In this document: piece after piece, positions 46,641 to 54,659 of the stretch | Numbering within the stretch: the first letter of the stretch is position 1 | Layout of the letters: each line of letters begins with the position of its first letter | Origin: a virus | Taxonomy: Duplodnaviria > Caudoviricetes | Direction: 5' to 3' (one strand) | DNA: 64,000 bases | Virus record (IMG/VR): IMGVR_UViG_3300033066_001296 | Span: 15,846-79,845 of that record | The notes under the pieces: model-generated | What the model saw: the letters and a program-made list of their open reading frames with translations, nothing else | Databases searched by the model: none | Told to the model about the DNA's origin: nothing | Program-made: the position numbers and the translations under genes

Positions 46641-46684
46641 ACGACACCGGGAGGGGGTTGAGACGACACCGGGAGGGGGTTGAG
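46641..46684 (+). repeat. Tandem 22-bp direct repeat, 2 copies
   Basis: ACGACACCGGGAGGGGGTTGAG x2. Confidence 0.9.
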
Positions 46685-46727
46685 GGTTGACTCGGTTACA
46701 GATAGTCCAGACTTCTGTGCTATGAAC

Positions 46728-46752
46728 ATTCGACCCCGTAACGGGGTCGAAT
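46728..46752. repeat. Inverted repeat with 11-bp arms
   Basis: ATTCGACCCCG-TAA-CGGGGTCGAAT. Confidence 0.85.
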
Positions 46753-47029
46753 GGGTGCAATCGATGGAATGGAGAAAGCGATGTTGCGGTGCAACAATCG
46801 ACATTGCAGAAGTGAAAGGAATCGGAAAACGCTTGAAAACAAGTGCTACGGTGCGCCACACCGATGCAAAACGTTACGAAAACAGGCATTTCAGATTTGA
46901 AAGGTTGCCTTTCAGTTTTGAAAGGGAGGAGTGCTCGGAAACGGGCAAAAAACGAAGTGAAAACAAGCACTTACAACGAATTGCCTGTTTCTCCGCTGAA
47001 AACGCTCAAACCCCTTCTAGCAAAGCGTT

Positions 47030-48390
47030 TCGTGCGGTTGGCACCGTCCCTGCACTATGCCCTTTCGCCCCGTCGCTCCCCACGCCGCGACGGGTGCCGC
47101 GCTGTGTGGCGCGGTGGACGGCGAGGGTATCCCGCACGGGAGGCAGGGCGCTCAGGGCGTCCGCGGCGCAAGGCCGCTGAGCGTGCGGGAGGGGGTTAGG
47201 CCCCCCGTAGACGCTAGCTGTGCGTGCCAACAAGCGCGCAGCAAACTGGAAACTGCGAAGTCTGGAAGACTCTCCAACGGCACAACGTGCGCCGAGCCTC
47301 TGCTTGCAAGCTCATAATGCACAACGAATGCCAACGAGCCTCTAGCGGGATTCAACCCGGTACGCTCGGAGACGATTCAGACATGCGGCCAACGCGCAAA
47401 CCCCCACGCAAACGGTGTGGTCAGGGACGCGAAGGGACGGTAGCAAGCCTACCGCACAATCCGGCGCAATGCCGGTCCCGAAACACCGCAACGCACGGGC
47501 GAATCGGCCATTCTATCCCAACGCTCCCAACGTTGGGTCATGAACCCCGATTCCCTCGAAGACCGACGGGACAACGGAAAGCGACTCGGAACGAGCGAGT
47601 TTGCAGGGTATCGAAGGGAACCGGGGCATTGAAGGTGCGGCTCTATGAAGGCCGATAAGCGCCAAGGTCGCCAAGGGCGACGGTATGCAACCCCACAATG
47701 GGCGATCCCCCTTCGCTGCAAACAAGCAAGCTTCGAGGGTTCTTGAAACAGCGTGTAGGGCGCTACATCCAACCGGAGAAAGACTCCCGTGCGGAACCTT
47801 ACTGCGATCGTACGGCGCGCATGAATCGACCCGTGGCATAGCGGTAAAGCCATGAACCCGCGGTGTGTGTGGAGTGACCCGAGTGAAGGTTGCCACACAC
47901 GAGAACGAAGCTAATCGGAAGTGCGTTCCTGTGCGGTGTGGTCTGCCATATCGTAACGGGCAACGTGAAGCCTCGTACCTAGCGCGACACATGGAGGTCT
48001 GTGCGTCCAGTGGGCTAATACTAGCCTAACCGGAATGTCTGTTCTGAAGTGTGTTGTAGCTTGGCGAGTGTCGAATGTTGTCGCTGTGAATGGTGGTACA
48101 GCCTACACCGCACAGGGCGCACGTCCGTTTCGACGATACACAAGTCCGAATAACGCGCTCATGGCGCGTAGCGCCCTAACGGGCAAAGCACAGTCGCGGT
48201 TTGACTGCGATGCACTGTGCGGGAAACGACGGTTCGCCGCCGTTCGTTTTCCAGTGTTTCCATTCTGGTCTGTGAGCCTGTTTCAAGGTGCCTATTCCAG
48301 AATGCAAGCACTGAAAAGCGAATGGTCGATATTCTCGTAACGTGGCTCGCGATCTTCGCGTTCGCGGGTCTTTCTCTCCGAAAGGGGCTC
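47030..48390 (+). ncRNA. Candidate large structured non-coding RNA (boundaries approximate)
   Basis: No credible ORF; dense nested stems and GNRA/UUCG tetraloops (see finding). Confidence 0.6.
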
Positions 48391-48398
48391 AAGTGAAT

Positions 48399-48596
48399 AT
48401 GTCTCCGATCCGTGCAGTGGTTTGTCTCATGCCGAGCTTCATGCTCGGTCTCTCGGTTGGGGGCGCGCTCCGCGTGGCGATCCCCAACCCGTACGTTCGG
48501 GCGCTGACGGGCATCGTTGTCATGCCCGCCGTGGGCTATGCGGGAGGGTTCATCACCGAGCGCATGGTCCGTTGGACGGAAGGGCGCATCGCCTAG
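48399..48596 (+). CDS. Small membrane protein
   Basis: 65 aa, two hydrophobic segments. Confidence 0.5.
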   Translation: MSPIRAVVCLMPSFMLGLSVGGALRVAIPNPYVRALTGIVVMPAVGYAGGFITERMVRWTEGRIA

Positions 48597-48694
48597 GAAC
48601 ATCGATGACTGTTCACGTTCTGTAATGTGAACAGTAATGGGCGTTTCTAGCCAACCACGGCGGTTGTGTAACCGCCATTCTCAGGAGAATCAGC

Positions 48695-49924
48695 ATGACA
48701 AAGATCGGTGTGACTGCGGGGTGCCTGCGGGCGCTGCTCGCGGGGGATGTACTCACGCACGAAGTGAGCAAGGCGGACGTGGCATCCAAGGGTCTCGCGC
48801 ACTTCTGCAATTGCGCGGAGCGTGCTCACAAGGCGGGGGGGATCTCTCTCCGTGAGCTCAACAATGCGGGGTTCGCCCTGCAATGCGCCCATGTGAGCAA
48901 CATTCAGGGATCGGGGGCTCCGGCCAGCAAGTCGGACATCGAATGGTACAACACTCACCACGGGCGCGCGGCTCACGCGCTGTGCAGCGGTGCGACGTGT
49001 CCGAGCGGTCTCCGACCCCTTTCGATCCCCAACGGTGGGGGGGCGCACAAGGTCAATCGCGACACGATGCTCAACTGGACTCAGCGGCTCAAGGAATACC
49101 TCAACGATCCGGTGCGTCCCTTGCCGGACGACGCCATCGTCAACATCAACGACGTGCCGTTCATCGTGGGGATCGATGATCGCTCCGGGGGGGCGGCGAT
49201 CATCGGGACGGACAACGGCGGCGGGTACAACCGCAAGTCTGACGGATCGCCCGGTCACTCCCGCAAGCATGACGGCGCGGTCGGTGCGCCGCGGTCGTCC
49301 GATCGTCTCCCGAAGCTCTGGAAAGAATACGTCGCGGCCAAGGAGAGCGTGACGCGGGGGATCGCCACGATGCACGATCTTCTCCACCGTGCCGAGGTTC
49401 CTCAGAACGATGTCTGCGACGCTCTGGCCGCGTGGGCGCTTTCCGCCCCCCTCGAAGCCATCGAGGGTGTCAACCCCGGCGTGTTCGATGGTACGATCGT
49501 CCGCGAGGGTGTGATGGTCCGTCCCGCGGACAACGAGCTCGGGAAGGCTCTCGTCACCCGGCTCAAGGTGACGCGCAAGCCTGCCATCGACCCCGCGGTG
49601 GGGGTCAAGGTCGTGAAGCGCAACGACGACGGGACGTTCGTGATCGCGATCATGGAAACTCTGCACATGACGGTCGCGCCGGGTTCCATCGAGCGCGTTC
49701 CGCCCCCCGAGCCCGTGAAGGCTCTCGCGGCGTGGAAGCCGCGGGTTGGAGAAGCCGCTCTCTACGTTCCGACCGGGGTTCAGGGCTCGACCCCCATCGA
49801 AGTGTTCATCGAGGGGGTCAACGGCGAGAAGTTCATCGTTCTCTTCGCCATGGAAGACGGCGAGGAGATTCGACTCAACGACGTGCTCCCCACCGAGCTC
49901 TCCGAGGTTCCCTCGGAAGCCTGA
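48695..49924 (+). CDS. Hypothetical protein
   Basis: 409 aa, AGGAG RBS, strong GC3 codon bias. Confidence 0.7.
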   Translation: MTKIGVTAGCLRALLAGDVLTHEVSKADVASKGLAHFCNCAERAHKAGGISLRELNNAGFALQCAHVSNIQGSGAPASKSDIEWYNTHHGRAAHALCSGATCPSGLRPLSIPNGGGAHKVNRDTMLNWTQRLKEYLNDPVRPLPDDAIVNINDVPFIVGIDDRSGGAAIIGTDNGGGYNRKSDGSPGHSRKHDGAVGAPRSSDRLPKLWKEYVAAKESVTRGIATMHDLLHRAEVPQNDVCDALAAWALSAPLEAIEGVNPGVFDGTIVREGVMVRPADNELGKALVTRLKVTRKPAIDPAVGVKVVKRNDDGTFVIAIMETLHMTVAPGSIERVPPPEPVKALAAWKPRVGEAALYVPTGVQGSTPIEVFIEGVNGEKFIVLFAMEDGEEIRLNDVLPTELSEVPSEA

Positions 49925-49942
49925 TTCTCCTCCCACCGAAAC

Positions 49943-50002
49943 AACCCCGAATGGTTGGACGCTGGTGTACAGCGTCCGCGGGTTCGATTCCCGTACGGGG
50001 TT
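49943..50002 (+). ncRNA. D-arm-less tRNA-like element E1
   Basis: Acceptor AACCCCG/CGGGGTT, AATGGTT linker, 8-bp hairpin, T-arm CGGG-TTCGATT-CCCG. Confidence 0.6.
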
Positions 50003-50152
50003 CCGAAGCCTCCAAGGCGCTGCACACGGGAAGTGAGGGTTGCATAGCGCAACCCTTGCGCCCGTCAGATGGCCAGGAGGCTTCTTTTTTTTCTCTTTTT
50101 TTAACTTCAGAAACCCTGATTTTTGAGGGGGAGACCCCCTCGGAGGTTCATC

Positions 50153-50620
50153 ATGAACAAGCAGATCGAACGTGCGATCCTCGATGCGATGGCGGTCGCG
50201 TGGGCCGAAGAGGCGTACGACGCGCGCAAGGTGCTCAGGTTGGCTCTCAAGGGGAGCATGTCTGAGGCGCAGAGCACGCTCATGGCTCTGGAGATGTTCC
50301 TCGTGAAGCGTGAGGAGAGGCTCACGAGGAACGCGGTCGGATGGGCTCTCAACACGATCAACACCACGATCCACCGTAACGAAGAGGCTCGAAAGGCGAA
50401 GATCATCAAGGAGCGCATCGCACAGCTCAAGGTCGGCAACATCGTGATCATCAAGGGCTACGAGGACGGTAACGACGAGTACATCGACAAGTCCGTCACG
50501 GTCAAGGAGGTGGGCGCAATCACCATCTCCGTTCAAGATGCAGATGGGAAGCTCTACAGTTTCCACAAGAAGTCTGGAATGAGCGTCTTCAGCAAAGAAC
50601 TGAGCCTGATGCCCTACTGA
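50153..50620 (+). CDS. Hypothetical protein
   Basis: 155 aa, GGAGG RBS. Confidence 0.7.
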   Translation: MNKQIERAILDAMAVAWAEEAYDARKVLRLALKGSMSEAQSTLMALEMFLVKREERLTRNAVGWALNTINTTIHRNEEARKAKIIKERIAQLKVGNIVIIKGYEDGNDEYIDKSVTVKEVGAITISVQDADGKLYSFHKKSGMSVFSKELSLMPY

Positions 50621-50640
50621 TCTTCTGGCCCATGAAGGGC

Positions 50641-50755
50641 CTTGACAGGCATCCCACGACGGTTGGACGTGTTGCAACCTCGGCACTTGGCAATGGTGCA
50701 AAAGACTGAGGATTTTCAACGTGGGATGTCTGTCAAGACTCTTCATAGAGTCTAA
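50641..50755 (+). ncRNA. Structured RNA element: 18-bp closing stem plus terminal hairpin
   Basis: CTTGACAGGCATCCCACG pairs with CGTGGGATGTCTGTCAAG (one G-U); followed by GACTCT-TCAT-AGAGTCTAA. Confidence 0.5.
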
Positions 50756-51012
50756 GGGAACGATTGCGGATTCTAACACTCTCCTTTGAAGCTCGAACGA
50801 ACTGGACCCGCAGAGCCTCTCCCGAACAACGGATACAGCACGAGCACTCGATGCGCGCTAGAGAGTGACGTGTCAATCGTCAGTGATGACGCGAGACAAG
50901 CGAAGGGTATCGTTGGCCTTCTGGTAGATCAGGAATCGTCAGAATCGTTCTTGGATTGCCTGTCTCCCTTGACGCGGTGAGGGGGAGGGGATCTATGTCC
51001 AACCGCAGGAAC

Positions 51013-51080
51013 GCCCAATGGTAGGATCCTCTTGAGCGCTCAAGAGGATGTCTCAGGTTCGATTCCTGAGATGGGCACCA
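51013..51080 (+). ncRNA. D-arm-less tRNA-like element E2 ending in ACCA
   Basis: GCCCA/TGGGC acceptor, ATGGTAGG linker, 24-nt palindrome hairpin, T-arm TCTCAGG-TTCGATT-CCTGAGA, A-CCA. Confidence 0.65.
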
Positions 51081-52003
51081 TGAAAAAGCTCTTCGGTTTC
51101 TCTCGGGGATCGTTTTACCGATCCCCAGATGTGGAGGTAGACGTAACAGATGCATCGATTGAGGAGATCGATGCAGAGTATGTTGCTCTTCGGAGCAACT
51201 ATCCGATCGTAACTGCCAATGATCGGAACACCGTGATTGTCCGGTTTGGAAAGTGCATCTTTCATGAGATGGTCGCGATCCCCGGACGGAACGGTCTTTC
51301 TGACTTTGCGATCGGGAAGTTTCCGATCACAGAGATGGAATGGCGGGTGCTCATTTGCGGGACAGACCCCCGTTGGGAGAAGTCCCGCAAACCTGTAACG
51401 TATGTTTCCGCATCACAAGCGGAACGGGTGATCGAGAAGCTCGGGTTGAGGTTGCCCTCCGAGCAGGAATGGAACCTCGCCGCATATGGTACAGATGGCA
51501 GACCTTATCCATGGGGATCGGCTCCTCCGAGCGATCGAAGGCTTATCTGGGCAAGAGAGTTCTATAGATTTGAGCCCGAATGTGTGGGCAAGCGACCCGA
51601 TGGGGCGTCTCCCTTTGGCGTCGAAGACATGCTCGGCAATGTTCGCCAGTGGACGAGCACCGGGGCATATACGGCGCGTGTGTCAATGGGCATGAGTTTC
51701 GAGTCTGATTGGATTCGAGATCGTGACAACACACAATCACACAAGGATAACAAGCTCGCCGATGAGCTTGTGAAAGAGCTTTCTCCAATGCAAGTTGGGA
51801 AGCTCGCAACGAAACTGGTTCTCCGCACCATGAGGGGTGACTCGCTTGGACGGAGAATCAGGAAAGCGGTAATGGGAGATAAAACCCCAAACCTGCTCAA
51901 TGAGATCGAAACGGGGCTGAGGAATGACTCCTCAGTCCGAACCTTCTCCATGGACATCGGAAACGCCTTTACAGGATTCCGATGCGCAATGGATCTCTCG
52001 TGA
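51080..52003 (+). CDS. Formylglycine-generating-enzyme (SUMF1/FGE-sulfatase, C-type lectin fold) domain protein
   Basis: FAIGKFPITEMEW...KPVTYVS...RLPSEQEW..AA.GTDGRPYPWG...ASPFGVEDMLGNVRQWT...TGFRC. Confidence 0.88.
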   Translation: MKKLFGFSRGSFYRSPDVEVDVTDASIEEIDAEYVALRSNYPIVTANDRNTVIVRFGKCIFHEMVAIPGRNGLSDFAIGKFPITEMEWRVLICGTDPRWEKSRKPVTYVSASQAERVIEKLGLRLPSEQEWNLAAYGTDGRPYPWGSAPPSDRRLIWAREFYRFEPECVGKRPDGASPFGVEDMLGNVRQWTSTGAYTARVSMGMSFESDWIRDRDNTQSHKDNKLADELVKELSPMQVGKLATKLVLRTMRGDSLGRRIRKAVMGDKTPNLLNEIETGLRNDSSVRTFSMDIGNAFTGFRCAMDLS

Positions 52004-52076
52004 TCATCCCCACCATATTCTTTCTCAGTGCAACTCTCTGCACTCTTCTCACACTCGCATCGAACAGGAGCCCATC

Positions 52077-52448
52077 ATGACCACCCGATCGACCAAGCGC
52101 ACGAACAGCATTTTCCGTCGCCATCTCGCCATCGCGCTCATGCGAGGGGATACGAGCATCCCCGGCGTCAAGGAGATCCTCCAGAGCGCCCCCTCTTCCC
52201 AGAACCGCATCGGCTACGATGGCAAGCAGGGTACGCGAGGGTTCTCTCCCTCGTTCGGCACCACGTCTCGCACCCCTGGCGGTGCTCAGGGAGCGAAGAC
52301 CCTCGTGATCAATGCCTTCGTCAACACGACCACGAGCAAGGGCCGAGAGAAGGCCAAACACCCCCACAACATCACGCATCGCATGACGCGAGCATGGGCC
52401 GAAAACCTCGCGGGGCAGTGGCTTCGCGAGAGCAACTACGAGATCTGA
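52077..52448 (+). CDS. Hypothetical basic protein
   Basis: 123 aa, AGGAG RBS. Confidence 0.6.
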   Translation: MTTRSTKRTNSIFRRHLAIALMRGDTSIPGVKEILQSAPSSQNRIGYDGKQGTRGFSPSFGTTSRTPGGAQGAKTLVINAFVNTTTSKGREKAKHPHNITHRMTRAWAENLAGQWLRESNYEI

Positions 52449-52474
52449 TCCCCCTCCGACACATCCCGCCTTTA

Positions 52475-52542
52475 ACAACCGCTCAGTGGTGAGTTTCAGG
52501 ATGTGTGTCCTGAATTGGGTTCGATCCCCTTCGGTTGTTCCA
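52475..52542 (+). ncRNA. Aberrant tRNA-like element E3 ending in UCCA
   Basis: ACAACCG/CGGTTGT acceptor, mini D hairpin CTCA-GTGG-TGAG, 7-bp stem with 6-nt loop, GGG-TTCGATC-CCC, T-CCA. Confidence 0.6.
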
Positions 52543-52644
52543 AACTTCTAATCTCAATAGGAGGTTCATCGTGTGGGCACGATGCGTACATCTGTTTCTC
52601 ACCTATAACGTCGAGATCTGCCGAGCGCTGGAGGCGCTGTTCTG

Positions 52645-52926
52645 ATGACGATGCAAGAACTCGACTCGCTGCTCAAGCGTAGCGAGAAGCTCAATCCCAT
52701 GCCAGAGATCGTGTATCCGGCTGAGCAGGGGGAGAAGCTCAATCCCATGCCAGAGATCGTGTATCCGGCTGAGCAGGGGGAGAAGCTCAATCCCATCATC
52801 CTGGCGAGCGGAACGTCGGAGAAGGACGCGATCCGCATCGCCAAGGATCTCGGAAGGGTGCTCGGTCATAACCGAGCTCAGATCATTCTCAACAACGGCT
52901 TCAAGATCGAAAACATCGAGGTGTGA
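52645..52926 (+). CDS. Hypothetical protein with internal 16-aa duplication
   Basis: EKLNPMPEIVYPAEQG x2 plus EKLNP. Confidence 0.6.
   Translation: MTMQELDSLLKRSEKLNPMPEIVYPAEQGEKLNPMPEIVYPAEQGEKLNPIILASGTSEKDAIRIAKDLGRVLGHNRAQIILNNGFKIENIEV
52684..52796 (+). repeat. Perfect 48-bp tandem repeat, 2 copies plus 17-nt partial
   Basis: GAGAAGCTCAATCCCATGCCAGAGATCGTGTATCCGGCTGAGCAGGGG x2. Confidence 0.95.
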
Positions 52927-53279
52927 TCATGGAAGGTTCTCAGTTCGACTTCAGCACGCACAAGAAGGCTCGCAAGGCCATCGCCATCTACGAGACGATG
53001 GGCAAGGGTCCGCGCCACCCTCACAAGCACTCTGGACGGCGCGAGATGCGAGCTCTCATGAAGAGCCTTCAAACCTACTACATGCCCGGAAGCTCTCATG
53101 GGAGGGTGGAAAGCTTCCTCGGTGAAGGGGTGGTCTACTCTGGTGAGGGCCTGAGCTTCGCTCAGTACGAGGGGCTGTGGAAGGTGGGCAATCCGCACCC
53201 CTTCAACAGAGCTGCGCGCCGCGAGCGCGGGCTCCCCTGTGGCCGGTGGAGTCGCTCCCACCAACACACCAAGTCGTGA
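52923..53279 (+). CDS. Hypothetical protein
   Basis: 118 aa, overlaps upstream stop. Confidence 0.55.
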   Translation: MIMEGSQFDFSTHKKARKAIAIYETMGKGPRHPHKHSGRREMRALMKSLQTYYMPGSSHGRVESFLGEGVVYSGEGLSFAQYEGLWKVGNPHPFNRAARRERGLPCGRWSRSHQHTKS

Positions 53280-53724
53280 TGGACCCTGTAGAGGGGGTCA
53301 TCCTCGTTCTCTCCATGTTCGCAATCGGATTCCAGCTCATTCTGGAGTTCACGGGGTTGTAAGAGATGGAAACTCCAATCGCGCTGATCAAGTTCGACAA
53401 GCAGGGCAGTCCGTGCCCCTGCGGCAAACGAAAGCTGTGTGCTCTGTGGTGTGATTTGTGCGACAAGCACAAGGAGCACTGCGAAGCGTACAAAGCCTCC
53501 AAGAAGAGCTAAAGGAGGGTCTATGCATTTCGCAAGAGGCCCGCCTGAGTAATTCTCCGTGAGAATGGAAAGTATTGATGTATGCGGACTAGGTAACTCC
53601 CGAACCCTATGAAGTGCAGAGGGTTGGTAGCGAGACGGGAGAATCTGGGGGAGGTGGCTCTGACCCCATACAAAGAAGCATGGAGGTGTGTTATGTAGGC
53701 TTGACCGCCTATACGCTCCAATTT

Positions 53725-53756
53725 AAGATGGTGTTAAGAGATTAACACCATCTTTT
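53725..53756 (+). terminator. 13-bp hairpin with short U-tract
   Basis: AAGATGGTGTTAA-GAGA-TTAACACCATCTT-TT directly before tRNA-Thr. Confidence 0.55.
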
Positions 53757-53831
53757 GCCACGCTCGTATAAAAGTAATTACTCGGCCCTTGTAATGCCGA
53801 TATCAGAGTGCAAGTCTCTGGCGTGGCTCCA
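53757..53831 (+). tRNA. tRNA-Thr(UGU)
   Basis: GCCACGC/GCGTGGC acceptor, loop CT-TGT-AA, T-arm CAGAG-TGCAAGT-CTCTG, encoded CCA. Confidence 0.85.
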
Positions 53832-53848
53832 TTTCTGCTCGTATCTAA

Positions 53849-53884
53849 GCCCCTATAGCTCAATGGACAGAGCGCGCGGCTTCT
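53849..53884 (+). pseudogene. 5' half of tRNA-Arg(UCU), interrupted after the anticodon
   Basis: GCCCCTA-TA-GCTC-AATGGACA-GAGC-G-CGCGG-CT-TCT; matching acceptor strand TAGGGGT only at 54571..54577. Confidence 0.7.
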
Positions 53885-54405
53885 GGTTTCGGTGGGATTT
53901 TTCTCGCCGGAATCTGCTCCAGCGTAAGTTTACCATTATCAAACTCCCAATGATGATTTGGGCACAAAACAAGAATGTTGGATGGTGCATTCACAATCCC
54001 AAGTTGCGTGTTGGCATCAAAAGATGAAACTGATTTGATGTGGGCAAGCTCTATGTGGAGTGAATAGCCGCAAACTTGGCAAGGTAGCTTCGTTAGATCT
54101 CTGTTCCAAGTTCTACAAAACATCCGAACTCTTACATTCTTCCAAGACGGATGACGCCCTTTTATGGATATGCCATCGGAAAACTCTTTGATGGTCTTGC
54201 CCTTGTTTATGCTCTTACCATCGCTAATGATACAAGCTCTGTGTCGCTTACCTCTAACAATATCACCGCAAAATGAACAAACCTTCCATACCTTACTTGT
54301 TCGTTTTCGCTTCACATAGAGTTTGTTGGTGATAATTGCGCTGCATCTTCTGCTGCAATATTTTACGTTTGCGATATTGCTACAGTCTGGATTTCCACAT
54401 TTCAT
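53860..54405 (-). CDS. HNH endonuclease with N-terminal Zn-binding motifs, antisense within tRNA cluster
   Basis: CGNPDC...YCSRRC; PCQVCGYSLHIELAHIKSV...NILVLCPNHHWEFD; AT-rich; start MKCG at 54405. Confidence 0.88.
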   Translation of the reverse strand: MKCGNPDCSNIANVKYCSRRCSAIITNKLYVKRKRTSKVWKVCSFCGDIVRGKRHRACIISDGKSINKGKTIKEFSDGISIKGRHPSWKNVRVRMFCRTWNRDLTKLPCQVCGYSLHIELAHIKSVSSFDANTQLGIVNAPSNILVLCPNHHWEFDNGKLTLEQIPARKIPPKPEAARSVH

Positions 54406-54481
54406 CTTGGCGTATCCTCTCTGCCTTCTAAGCAGTAGAAAAGGTAATCGGAACATGAGGGTTCGAGTCCCTTCGCCAAGG
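54406..54481 (+). tRNA. D-arm-less tRNA-Arg(UCU)-like element E4
   Basis: CTTGGCG/CGCCAAG acceptor, CTGC-CTTCTAA-GCAG anticodon arm, T-arm GAGGG-TTCGAGT-CCCTT; no D-arm. Confidence 0.55.
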
Positions 54482-54553
54482 CTAAACCACCATAAAACAA
54501 GAATCAAGTCAGCGCCATTATCAAAAGTTCGATTTCGGCTATTCAAGTCTTGT

Positions 54554-54578
54554 GAAGGTTCGAGTCCTTCTAGGGGTG
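54554..54578 (+). pseudogene. Orphan tRNA 3' part (T-arm plus acceptor strand)
   Basis: GAAGG-TTCGAGT-CCTTC-TAGGGGT-G, complementary to GCCCCTA at 53849. Confidence 0.65.
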
Positions 54579-54584
54579 CTATCA

Positions 54585-54659
54585 GTGCCGTTTGCTGATG
54601 CTGGTTTCAGCAATCGCCCTATAAGCGATAGGACATGGGTTCGATTCCCATACGGCACA
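54585..54659 (+). tRNA. tRNA-Ile(UAU), atypical C33
   Basis: GTGCCGT/ACGGCAC acceptor, GCTG/CAGC D-stem, ATCGC-CCTATAA-GCGAT anticodon arm, ATGGG-TTCGATT-CCCAT. Confidence 0.75.

Noticed and set aside
46641-46700. Possible CRISPR array from the 22-bp repeats (also the 48-bp repeat at 52684)
   Set aside because: Repeats are directly adjacent with no unique spacers, only two copies, and no cas genes
46428-47992. ORFs of 75-180 aa across the 46.4-48.0 kb region
   Set aside because: Mutually overlapping on both strands, low-complexity R/P/G composition, no RBS or codon bias; better explained by structured non-coding sequence
47032-48260. Group II intron (GTGCG start; TGTGCGGGAAAC...ACGGTTC resembles domain V)
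   Set aside because: No AGC/CGC triad strand pairing with ACGGTTC, the segment pairs better in other stems, no interrupted gene and no RT; kept only as unknown ncRNA
50628-51080. tmRNA (GCCCAT at 50628 can pair with ATGGGC before the ACCA)
   Set aside because: No G3-U70 alanine identity pair, no convincing tag ORF, and a local GCCCA at 51013 pairs equally well
51080-52003. Diversity-generating retroelement target
   Set aside because: No reverse transcriptase and no template repeat differing at adenines within the window
53545-53600. Hammerhead ribozyme (CTGAGTA-stem-GGAAA)
   Set aside because: Core is CUGAGUA rather than CUGANGA, and stem III with the NUH site cannot be formed
54612-54630. 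Amber suppressor tRNA (CTA in the loop) and stop-codon recoding
   Set aside because: CTA is off-register (positions 33-35); genes are intact in code 11 and TAG terminates normal ORFs
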